The position numbers and the translations under genes were made by a program. The notes under the pieces were generated by a model. That model saw only the letters and a program-made list of their open reading frames with translations. It made no database searches and was not told the DNA's origin. Positions 16,151 through 24,739 of a stretch of 28,046 nucleotides of DNA are shown here, piece by piece (the stretch's first letter is position 1; each line of letters starts with the position of its first letter). This DNA is from an uncultured Prevotellaceae bacterium (GTDB taxonomy: Bacteria > Bacteroidota > Bacteroidia > Bacteroidales > Muribaculaceae): positions 1 to 28,046 of the forward strand of contig CALZFJ010000001.1 of NCBI GenBank assembly GCA_945645715.1, written 5' to 3'.

Positions 16151-16172
16151 TCGAAGCGGCATCGAAGCGGCA
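16151..16172 (+). repeat. Perfect 11-bp tandem duplication (TCGAAGCGGCA x2)
   Basis: Read directly at 16151-16161 and 16162-16172. Confidence 0.85.
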
Positions 16173-16229
16173 CACCACACGCCTCCCGAAGACCTCAGCG
16201 AGCATCGCAGTAACTCTACGGGTACTCTC

Positions 16230-17573
16230 CTAAGGCACTCCAAGACCGTAGAGGAAAATGAGGCTGATGCACAATGGTGCCACATAGCGTATGCAGAAGC
16301 GTATGGGGCGCATCAGCGTGATTTTCCTTGCGCCATAGTCGGTGAGCTGCTCCTCTACCACCTTCTTATCCACTATCCAACCCACAAACACACTCAGCAT
16401 CACTCCGCCTATCGGAAGCATGATATTCGACGACACATAGTCGAACAACTCAAACAGCGTCATGCCGAACACCTTGAAGTCGCTCAGCACGCCAAACGAC
16501 AGCGCGCACAGCGTGCCAAACGTCATTGCAATCACAGTGTTAAGCCCCGTGGCACGGCTACGGCTCATTTTGTGCGCCTCCACAAAATAGGTTATCGAAA
16601 TCTCGCTCATCGAAATGGTCGATGTTATCGACGCAAAGAATAGCAACAAGAAGAATGCTACCGACCACAGATATCCACCGGGTAACTGTTGGAATATCTC
16701 GGGAAGTATCTGGAACACCAGTTTCGGACCGGCAGCCGGCTCCATGTCGAATGAAAACACTGCCGGAAATATGATTATACCCGATAGTATCGCCACAAGC
16801 GTGTCGAGCAACGCCACCACTGTAGCACTGCGCACAAGTGGTGTCTTGTCGGAGAAATAAGATGCGTAGGTGAGCAGGCAAGTGAGTCCGAGGCTTAGCG
16901 AAAAGAATGCCTGACCAAGTGCTCCGAGCATAACCTTGGGCGTAATCTGCGAGAAATCAGGATTGAAAAGAAAATCGAGTCCCTTCTTCGCCTGTGGCAT
17001 AAACAGTGAATTCACACAGAACACAAGAAGCATCACAAAGAGCACAGGCATCATTATATTGGAGATGCGCTCTATGCCCTTTTCTATGCCGCGACGCAGC
17101 ACCATGAAGTTGGCAAGCAGGAATATCAGTGTCCACATCACCGACCGCCACGGATTCACCGTGAACGTGCTGAACAGCGTGGCATACTCCTCAGAGGTGT
17201 GACCGGATAGCCCGCCCGTGACAGCCTGATAAAGATATTCCATTATCCACCCTGCCACCACCGAGTAGAAGCTGAGAATCATGAGCGACGCCACAATACC
17301 TATATACGACACCTTGCTCAAGCTGCTGCCCGGCTTCAGTTTTTGTAACGCTGTGAGCGCATTGCTGTGAGTGGAGCGACCTATCACAAACTCAGCTATC
17401 ATCACCGGTATGCCTAAAAGAAACACACACAGCAGATACACTATAAGGAATGCACCTCCGCCATGCTGCCCTGCCTCATAAGGGAATCGCCAGATATTGC
17501 CAAGACCTACAGCCGACCCTACGGTGGCTGCAATTACTCCCATTTTCGTTACAAATTGTGCTCTATTGCTCAT
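16230..17573 (-). CDS. Sodium-dependent transporter, NSS/SNF (SLC6-like) family, copy 1
   Basis: GSAVGLGNIWRFPY, GGGAFL, GQAFFSLSLG, IIFPAVF, AGPKLVF. Confidence 0.95.
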   Translation of the reverse strand: MSNRAQFVTKMGVIAATVGSAVGLGNIWRFPYEAGQHGGGAFLIVYLLCVFLLGIPVMIAEFVIGRSTHSNALTALQKLKPGSSLSKVSYIGIVASLMILSFYSVVAGWIMEYLYQAVTGGLSGHTSEEYATLFSTFTVNPWRSVMWTLIFLLANFMVLRRGIEKGIERISNIMMPVLFVMLLVFCVNSLFMPQAKKGLDFLFNPDFSQITPKVMLGALGQAFFSLSLGLTCLLTYASYFSDKTPLVRSATVVALLDTLVAILSGIIIFPAVFSFDMEPAAGPKLVFQILPEIFQQLPGGYLWSVAFFLLLFFASITSTISMSEISITYFVEAHKMSRSRATGLNTVIAMTFGTLCALSFGVLSDFKVFGMTLFELFDYVSSNIMLPIGGVMLSVFVGWIVDKKVVEEQLTDYGARKITLMRPIRFCIRYVAPLCISLIFLYGLGVP

Positions 17574-17614
17574 TTTCCTGATTTTTTTCTTGATACGTTG
17601 TTTTAATAGATTTC

Positions 17615-17887
17615 TCAGAATTGCGGCACCACCCTGTTGTTGTTGTCGCCCTTCGATTGTTTTTTTGGCTTCGCTGTGCCTTTATGCTTGCGCACAGGCT
17701 TCAGGGTGTCAATATGCGCCGAGTCGATTTCTGCCATGAAACGCGCCATCTCCACCGAGTCGCAGTCGGGATATCCGGCACGGCAGCAGCCATCCACTGC
17801 CACCACAGCCGTCATCGCACCCACAAGCAGCAGCAACACGGCAAGCAGTGCCATTCGCTTGGCTCGGCTCATCTCCCACATTTTCAT
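17615..17887 (-). CDS. Small hypothetical single-TM or exported protein (90 aa)
   Basis: ATGA overlap with the stop of the upstream NSS gene (17884-17887); basic N-terminus, hydrophobic helix ALLAVLLLLVGAMTAVVAV and a Lys-rich tail; fills the gap between the NSS paralogues. Confidence 0.65.
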   Translation of the reverse strand: MKMWEMSRAKRMALLAVLLLLVGAMTAVVAVDGCCRAGYPDCDSVEMARFMAEIDSAHIDTLKPVRKHKGTAKPKKQSKGDNNNRVVPQF

Positions 17888-19278
17888 GCCTCAAGCAGAT
17901 TTATGATTTGCGACACTAATATAGCTGCTATCAGCCACGGGCAGACGTATTTCACCAGAAATTGCACCACCGGAGCCACGCGCGAGCGGAATGTACCATA
18001 ATTGGTAAGCTCATCTTTTATAAAGTCGCGATGCAGCACCCAACCCACATACACACACAGTCCTATTGCACTCACAGGCAGCAGGAAGTTGGTGGTGAGT
18101 GAGTCGAGGAAGTCAAACATGCTCAATCCAAGCACTTGAAGTTCGGGCACTGCCCCGAGCGACAGCGAGCAGATTGCCGATGTCACAAAGAGCGGAAGCA
18201 GAATCACAAGGCAGGCATTGGAGCGCTTCATGCCGAAGCGGTCGCGGAGGAATGCTATCGACACCTCGGCTATCGACACCGTAGAGGTTATCGTTGCCAC
18301 AAACAGCAGCAAGAAGAAGAGTATCGCCCACAGCTGCGAGCATGGCATCTGCGTGAAAATTCCGGGTAGAGTCACAAACACCAATGTGGTGCCTGCAAGT
18401 CCGCCGGGATTGTCGTTAAGCCCGAAGCTCATCACAGCCGGGAAGATTATCAAGCCCATGAGGAATGCCACACCGAAGTCGCTCAGCGACACCGTCACTG
18501 CGGTGCGTGTCATCATTGTGTCTTTCGGGAAATACGAAGCGTATGTCACAAGTATGCCCATGCCAAGGCTCAGCGAGAAGAATGCCTGCCCCAGTGCGCT
18601 TATCACCACACCGGGTGTAACCTTCGAGAAATCAGGCTTCAAGAAGAACTCCACGCCCTCTCCTGCTCCGGGTAGCGACAGCGATATTCCGCAGAACACC
18701 AGCAACAGCACAAAGAGCAGTGGCATAAGCACATTAGAGAGCTTTTCTATCCCTTTTTGCACACCTCGCAGCAATATCACAAGATTGAGAATTATCATCA
18801 CGTTGGTCCATATAACCGGCTGCGTGGGCGATGTGATAAAGTCGTTCATCTGCCTGGTAAACACTTCGCTGTTGCCTGCCGCATCGGCATCGAAGTTGAC
18901 GCCTTCAAACAGTCCTCCGGTTATCGACTGGTAGAGATACTCAGTTGACCACCCGGCTACCACCATATAGAATTGCAGAATCAAGTAGGACGACAGAAGC
19001 CCGAATACGCCGAGTATCCACCACTTCTTCCCCGGTGTTAGGTTCTTCATCACTCCCACTGCATCAGAGTGTCCTGCCCTGCCAAGTGAGAACTCGGCAA
19101 GCATCACGGGTATGCCCAGCAACAGCACACAACCCAGATACACCAGCAAGAATGCCGAGCCTCCATTGCTCTGCACCACACTGGGGAAGCGCCATATATT
19201 GCCCAATCCTACTGCCGACCCTACGGTGGCGGCTATCACTCCTATTTTTGAACCGAATCCGGCTTCGTTATGTTTCAT
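17884..19278 (-). CDS. Sodium-dependent transporter, NSS/SNF family, copy 2
   Basis: GSAVGLGNIWRFPS, GGSAFL, GQAFFSLSLG, IIFPAV, AGTTLVF. Confidence 0.95.
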   Translation of the reverse strand: MKHNEAGFGSKIGVIAATVGSAVGLGNIWRFPSVVQSNGGSAFLLVYLGCVLLLGIPVMLAEFSLGRAGHSDAVGVMKNLTPGKKWWILGVFGLLSSYLILQFYMVVAGWSTEYLYQSITGGLFEGVNFDADAAGNSEVFTRQMNDFITSPTQPVIWTNVMIILNLVILLRGVQKGIEKLSNVLMPLLFVLLLVFCGISLSLPGAGEGVEFFLKPDFSKVTPGVVISALGQAFFSLSLGMGILVTYASYFPKDTMMTRTAVTVSLSDFGVAFLMGLIIFPAVMSFGLNDNPGGLAGTTLVFVTLPGIFTQMPCSQLWAILFFLLLFVATITSTVSIAEVSIAFLRDRFGMKRSNACLVILLPLFVTSAICSLSLGAVPELQVLGLSMFDFLDSLTTNFLLPVSAIGLCVYVGWVLHRDFIKDELTNYGTFRSRVAPVVQFLVKYVCPWLIAAILVSQIINLLEA

Positions 19279-19338
19279 TTTATCTAAATTTACTCGCTTT
19301 TTCAGCTTGTTTTATCGTAATTTTGCCAATTTTGCTTG

Positions 19339-19346
19339 CAAATTTA
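19339..19346 (-). promoter_or_regulatory. -7 element for the NSS operon (TAAATTTG)
   Basis: Exact match ~60 nt upstream of the ATG at 19278. Confidence 0.65.
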
Positions 19347-19384
19347 CAAACTTTTCTCCGAATCGACTAATTACTTGCTAAAAT

Positions 19385-19415
19385 TTTGCCACTTACAATT
19401 TAATTATTAATTTTG
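19385..19415 (+). promoter_or_regulatory. Promoter of vanZ-tamB-tamL
   Basis: TTTG (19385-19388), 19-nt spacer, TAATTTTG (19408-19415). Confidence 0.6.
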
Positions 19416-19483
19416 TAGTTACATATTGTGCAATAAATTAAGCAACGTTACCTTATCAAACATTTTTAATTAACTGCCAGTTT

Positions 19484-19942
19484 ATGAGACGATTTATCAA
19501 AAATCTGCCGGTAGGCATCGCTTCAGGAATTGTCACCATTATTGCCATCTATCTCTCGCTTAGCTCTAATCCGCTGGGAGATACCGACATCATGCTTTTC
19601 GAGAATGCCGACAAATTTTTCCACGCTGTGATGTATTTTGGTGTTACGAGTGTTTATTATTTAGATTATGCCAAGTCGCGCCTGCCCCACCACACCAAGC
19701 TGAACGGCGAGGCTGCCGTCACTGTGGCTGCTATTGTGTTTAGCGGACTGATGGAAATCGGTCAGGGACTAATCGGGAACCGCACAATGGATCCGTGGGA
19801 CTTTGCCGCTAATGTGGCTGGAGCCTTGCTTGCTTTTGTCTTCGTGAAGTTCTACTTCATCACGGTGTTCCGTCACTATCTCTTGCGCCATCACCGCCAC
19901 CACCATTCGTCGCACCGCAAATCTAATGAAGCGAGTGAATAA
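19484..19942 (+). CDS. VanZ-like membrane protein with a His-rich C-terminal tail
   Basis: DKFFHAVMYFG, EIGQ and RTMDPWDFAANVAG match VanZ-family motifs; overlaps the tamB start by 17 nt. Confidence 0.85.
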   Translation: MRRFIKNLPVGIASGIVTIIAIYLSLSSNPLGDTDIMLFENADKFFHAVMYFGVTSVYYLDYAKSRLPHHTKLNGEAAVTVAAIVFSGLMEIGQGLIGNRTMDPWDFAANVAGALLAFVFVKFYFITVFRHYLLRHHRHHHSSHRKSNEASE

Positions 19943-22900
19943 AATATTACGTTGGGCTTTGCGCGTGGCAATATGCCTTCTGCTGATGGCTTTATTGTCG
20001 CCGGCATTGCTCTACGTGCCTTTTATTCAAGACGTCATCAAGAATTTTGCCATAAGCAAGGCTTCCGAAGCCACAGGTTGGAACATCTCGCTCAATCGAA
20101 TCTTGCTGAAATTCCCGCTCAATGTGAGCCTCGACAGCCTCGTGATTGCCACCTCGCCCACCGACACCATGATTGCTGCCGGTAACCTCACTGTGAGCGT
20201 AAAGCCGCTTCCATTGCTGCGAAAGGAGCTTGCCATCGAGGGGGCTCAGCTTTCGGGCGGCTCTTATCACCTACTCAGCGAGGACGAGTCGATCGACATT
20301 AAAGTTGCCGTCGATCGCTGCCGATTCGGCGTAACCCTCATCGACTTAAACAACAACGCAATCATTGCCACCGACGCTTCACTTTCAGGCGGACAGATCA
20401 CTTTACTCTCCTACCCAGAGAAATCGGTTGTAAAAGAAGACACTACCGCAGCAGCCCCCTGGCTCATCAAGGCTGCTTCTATCAAGCTCCACGATGTGTC
20501 TTATTCCATGCAGATGCTGCCCTACATTGAGTCGCTCGATGCTCATGTTGCCGATGCCGTACTCTCCGACGGAGTAGTCGATATGCAGCGATACGCAATC
20601 GATGCCCGGCATCTCGGCATCTCGGGCTTGGATTGCCGATACATCTACCCCGACACCGTAATTGCTCCTGCCGACTCTATCCCGGTCACCGACGGCACAG
20701 TGCCATGGACCGTTACCGGCAAATCAGTCAGCCTCACCGATGCGCACGCCGTCTATGCTCTTTCCGGTCATTCTCCACTCAATGGGCTGGATATGGAGTA
20801 CATCGAAGCCGACAGCATCAACATCGCAATCAACGAATTCTATAACCGTGGCACCACTCTGCGCGTGCCTATAACCGGCATTACCGCCCGCGAGCGTTGC
20901 GGATTTGCCATCAAGTCGGCTCACTGCATCTTCGAGATGGATAGCACTCGCCTTGCCGTTACCGACCTGAATATCGCCAATGAGCAATCCTATCTCATGG
21001 GCGCCATTGAGAGCAATGCCACCTTCGACCGCTTCAATGCCAACGTCAAGGCTTCGCTCTCCTCAGCCGATGCACGGCTCCTCTATCCCTCCCTCGCCTC
21101 TATGCTGCCGCAAGGCTACCCGCGCTCCTTTAATCTCACGCTTGCTGCAAGCGGCACCATGCAGCGGGTGAATCTCACCAAGTGCCTCCTCAATATGCCG
21201 GGTGTGGCGCACCTCACAGCAAAGGGCTTTGCCACCAATATCAATGACCCCAAGCGTCTTGGCTGCAACATCACGTTCAACGGAAACACCGGCAATCTCA
21301 ACCCGATTAAAAGCTATCTCTTTGCCGATGCCGAAATGCGGCGAAGCGTAAATCTTCCGCCTCTCAGCATCTCGGGCAATGCTACCGTTGCCGGCAACGA
21401 CTACAAGGGTAATCTCGCTCTTGCCATGCAATCGGGCGACGTGCTTCTCGATGCCGCCTGGAATGGCTCACGCAATGCCTACAGCCTGCATTTCGATGCT
21501 GCATCGCTTCCGCTCAATGCTATTCTTCCCACTTCCAAGCTCCACCTTCTCACTGCTCGTGGCTCGGTGGAGGGCGAAGGACTCGACTTCTTCAAGAAAT
21601 CTACCCGACTGAATGTAGATCTCACTATCGACACGCTTTTCTATAACACCAACCGCTACTATGACATAGTGTTGCGCGGTGCTCTCGCCAATGGTGACTT
21701 TGACATCAACCTCGATTCCGACAACCCCAACTGCCACTTCAGCACCACCGCTAATGGCAAGATTGAGTCTAACCGCTTCATTTTCTCCCTCGACTCCGAT
21801 ATCTCCGACCTCAACCTCACTGCGCTCCGCCTGATGGACGTCACTTCAGCCGGTAGCTGCCGAATGAGCGTTTTCGGCGACATCGACATCGCTCAAAGCG
21901 ACTATGATGTGACTGCAAGCATCGCCAACCTACGCTGGACTTTCGACGACAATTTCTATTACACCGACCTCATCGATGCCGGCTTCGTTGCCGACAGCTC
22001 TCACATCGATGCCCAGCTCTCCAACAACGATTTTTCCATCGATTTCGACTCGGAGTGCTCACTCGACACTCTCACAGCCAAACTCGATGATATTTCCCGT
22101 GTCGTAACCAAGCAAATAAGCGAAAAATATCTCAATTCCGACTCACTGCGCGGACGACTGCCGGCAATGTCGTGTGAAATCGAACTCGGCACACATAATC
22201 TCGTGCAGCAATACCTCCTCCACACGGGCATCTCCTACAACAGGGGAAACATAATGCTTGCCAACGACTCTACTTTCTATCTGCGCGGCATCTTCGACCG
22301 CCTGAAAGTGAGCGACACTCAAATCGACACCCTGCGATTCGGTGCCGTGGAACTTAATCATCGCATCAACTGGAAGATTCACGCCGGAAACGCACGCGAA
22401 CACATTCCCGGTCTTGCTCGTGCCGACCTGAAGGGCTTCATCAATGGCTCTACACTACAGGCTCAATTCTCTCAGCAAAACTTCGACAACCGCACCGGCG
22501 TGAATGTGGGAGTTTCTGCCCATCTCACCGACTCTACCGTGCGTGCCAACATCTTCCCCGACGAAATCACTATCGGCTACAAGCCTTGGACCGTGAACGA
22601 GGGCAATTTCATTGCCTTCAACTATGCATCCAAGCACTTCGATGCCAATCTGCGCCTCACTCAAGGCAACAGCCTCGTGTCGCTCACTACCGAGCACTCC
22701 GATGACGGTTCTGAGAATGAAGACGTCCACCTCGTCATCAACAATCTGCAAATTGCCGACTGGCTCTCTATTTCGCCATTCGCTCCTCCGGTAAAGGGCT
22801 TGCTCGGTGCCGACTTCTCAGTGAAATACAACACCTCCAACATCTGGGGAAATGGAATGATTGGCATCACCGACCTGTATTACGGCAAGCAGCGTGTAGG

Positions 22901-24737
22901 CTCGCTGCAAATGAACTCTCTAATCGACCTCAACCCCACCTCGGGTGGAACTATGGCTACAGCCAACGTCGAAGTCGATGGCAAGCAATGCGCTGTGATT
23001 TTCGGCGCTCTCAACGACACAGTCCCCGACAATCGCATGACTCTGTCGCTTGAGCTTCACAAATTCCCTCTCCGCATCGCAAATCCTTTTCTCCCTCCCG
23101 GCATGATGAGCGTAAAAGGCTACCTTAACGGCATGATGACCGTTGACGGCACTTTTGAACGCCCCAACATCAATGGCTATCTACAGTGCGACTCCACTTC
23201 GATAGCTATGCCGGTGTTTGGCTCAAGCATCACATTGCCCCATGACAGCATTCCCGTTGACTCAAGTGTAATACACTTCAATGACTACCGCATCTATGCC
23301 CTCAACGAGAATCCTATCACCACTACCGGCAGAATAGATATGCGCAACATATTCTCACCAGGCATGGAGCTGCGGCTCAGTGGCAAAAACGTGCAATTTG
23401 TCGATAGCAAGCAGACCCGCAAATCTCAGATATTCGGCAAGGGCTTCCTCAACCTCGACGCTACTGCCCGCGGAAACCTCGACAATATCCACCTCAACGC
23501 CCGTCTGGCTCTGCTCTCAGGCACAAATCTCACCTATGTACTCCAAGAGGACGTGAACTCTATTGCTGCCCGGCAAGAGCAGCAACTGGTGAAATTCGTG
23601 CAGTTCAACGACAGCTCCTACGTAGTCACCGAGGAAAAAGAACGCACCACTATGGGTAACATCACACTGACTGCCGACATTCAAGTGCAGCAAGGCACTT
23701 CTTTCACGGTATTCCTATCCGACAATGGAAAAGACCGCGCTGAGATTGTCGGCAACGGCGACCTGCGACTTGCAATGAACCAACTTGGTGACAAGACTAT
23801 GACCGGACGCTTCAACATCGACGATGGCTTCGTGCGCTACTCCCCTCCTCTCATATCTCAGGTTGACTTCAAGTTTAATAGCGGCAGCTACATCCTCTGG
23901 ACCGGCAACCTCATGAACCCTACACTCAACCTATCGGCAACCGAGTCGCGCAAAGCCAACTACACCGGCTCCGACGACAACTCCCGTATCGTCAATTTCC
24001 AGATAGGGCTCTCTGTGACCAATTCTCTTGCCAATATGGACGTGCAATTCGACCTTGATGCCCCCGACAACCTCACGCTTCACAACGAGCTTCAATCCAT
24101 GTCGCCGGCACAGCGCTCGAGTCAGGCAGTCAATCTGCTTCTCTACAACACCTACACCGGACTCGACTCCAAGGCAAGCGGCAACCTCTCGGGAAATCCG
24201 CTGTTCTCTTTCGTCACCTCGCGCATCAATAGTTGGGCTGCAAGTGCCATGAAGGGCATTAACGTGTCGTTCGGTCTCGACAACTACACCGAAACTCACG
24301 ACGGTGTATCGTCGCGTGCAATCAAATACAGCTACCAGGTGTCGAAGTCGCTTTTCAACAACCGCTTCAAGATTGTGGTGGGCGGCGACTACACCCAGGG
24401 AACAACGTCGTCGGAAGATATTGCCCAAAACCTCTTCAACGACGTGTCGCTCGAATATATGCTAAACAAGAGCGGAAACATGATTCTCCGCCTTTTCAAC
24501 CACAAGGGCTACATCAATGTGCTCGAAGGTGAAGTGACCGAAACCGGTGTGGCTTTCGTGTATAAGCGCAAACTCTCAAATCTGCGCTACCTATTCAGCT
24601 TCCTCAATCCATTCGCGCCAAAGCCTCCAAAGGACACCGCCAAGCCCGCCTCATCCGCCCCATTAGTCCCATTAGACTCATTAGACTCATTAGACTCATC
24701 CCACTCATCTGACAATCCCACCACCACTCAAGAATAG
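19926..24737 (+). CDS. tamB: Translocation and assembly module TamB (DUF490 C-terminus)
   Basis: 1603 aa, N-terminal TM anchor, beta-rich repeats, DUF490-like C-terminus (ILWTGNLMNPTLN, QAVNLLL, SKSLFNNRF, DVSLEYML); immediately upstream of an Omp85 gene. Confidence 0.9.
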   Translation: MKRVNKILRWALRVAICLLLMALLSPALLYVPFIQDVIKNFAISKASEATGWNISLNRILLKFPLNVSLDSLVIATSPTDTMIAAGNLTVSVKPLPLLRKELAIEGAQLSGGSYHLLSEDESIDIKVAVDRCRFGVTLIDLNNNAIIATDASLSGGQITLLSYPEKSVVKEDTTAAAPWLIKAASIKLHDVSYSMQMLPYIESLDAHVADAVLSDGVVDMQRYAIDARHLGISGLDCRYIYPDTVIAPADSIPVTDGTVPWTVTGKSVSLTDAHAVYALSGHSPLNGLDMEYIEADSINIAINEFYNRGTTLRVPITGITARERCGFAIKSAHCIFEMDSTRLAVTDLNIANEQSYLMGAIESNATFDRFNANVKASLSSADARLLYPSLASMLPQGYPRSFNLTLAASGTMQRVNLTKCLLNMPGVAHLTAKGFATNINDPKRLGCNITFNGNTGNLNPIKSYLFADAEMRRSVNLPPLSISGNATVAGNDYKGNLALAMQSGDVLLDAAWNGSRNAYSLHFDAASLPLNAILPTSKLHLLTARGSVEGEGLDFFKKSTRLNVDLTIDTLFYNTNRYYDIVLRGALANGDFDINLDSDNPNCHFSTTANGKIESNRFIFSLDSDISDLNLTALRLMDVTSAGSCRMSVFGDIDIAQSDYDVTASIANLRWTFDDNFYYTDLIDAGFVADSSHIDAQLSNNDFSIDFDSECSLDTLTAKLDDISRVVTKQISEKYLNSDSLRGRLPAMSCEIELGTHNLVQQYLLHTGISYNRGNIMLANDSTFYLRGIFDRLKVSDTQIDTLRFGAVELNHRINWKIHAGNAREHIPGLARADLKGFINGSTLQAQFSQQNFDNRTGVNVGVSAHLTDSTVRANIFPDEITIGYKPWTVNEGNFIAFNYASKHFDANLRLTQGNSLVSLTTEHSDDGSENEDVHLVINNLQIADWLSISPFAPPVKGLLGADFSVKYNTSNIWGNGMIGITDLYYGKQRVGSLQMNSLIDLNPTSGGTMATANVEVDGKQCAVIFGALNDTVPDNRMTLSLELHKFPLRIANPFLPPGMMSVKGYLNGMMTVDGTFERPNINGYLQCDSTSIAMPVFGSSITLPHDSIPVDSSVIHFNDYRIYALNENPITTTGRIDMRNIFSPGMELRLSGKNVQFVDSKQTRKSQIFGKGFLNLDATARGNLDNIHLNARLALLSGTNLTYVLQEDVNSIAARQEQQLVKFVQFNDSSYVVTEEKERTTMGNITLTADIQVQQGTSFTVFLSDNGKDRAEIVGNGDLRLAMNQLGDKTMTGRFNIDDGFVRYSPPLISQVDFKFNSGSYILWTGNLMNPTLNLSATESRKANYTGSDDNSRIVNFQIGLSVTNSLANMDVQFDLDAPDNLTLHNELQSMSPAQRSSQAVNLLLYNTYTGLDSKASGNLSGNPLFSFVTSRINSWAASAMKGINVSFGLDNYTETHDGVSSRAIKYSYQVSKSLFNNRFKIVVGGDYTQGTTSSEDIAQNLFNDVSLEYMLNKSGNMILRLFNHKGYINVLEGEVTETGVAFVYKRKLSNLRYLFSFLNPFAPKPPKDTAKPASSAPLVPLDSLDSLDSSHSSDNPTTTQE
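24651..24713 (+). repeat. In-frame degenerate 9-nt tandem repeat (7 units) in the tamB C-terminal tail
   Basis: tcatccgcc ccattagtc ccattagac tcattagac tcattagac tcatcccac tcatctgac, encoding SSA-PLV-PLD-SLD-SLD-SSH-SSD. Confidence 0.8.
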
Positions 24738-24739
24738 CT

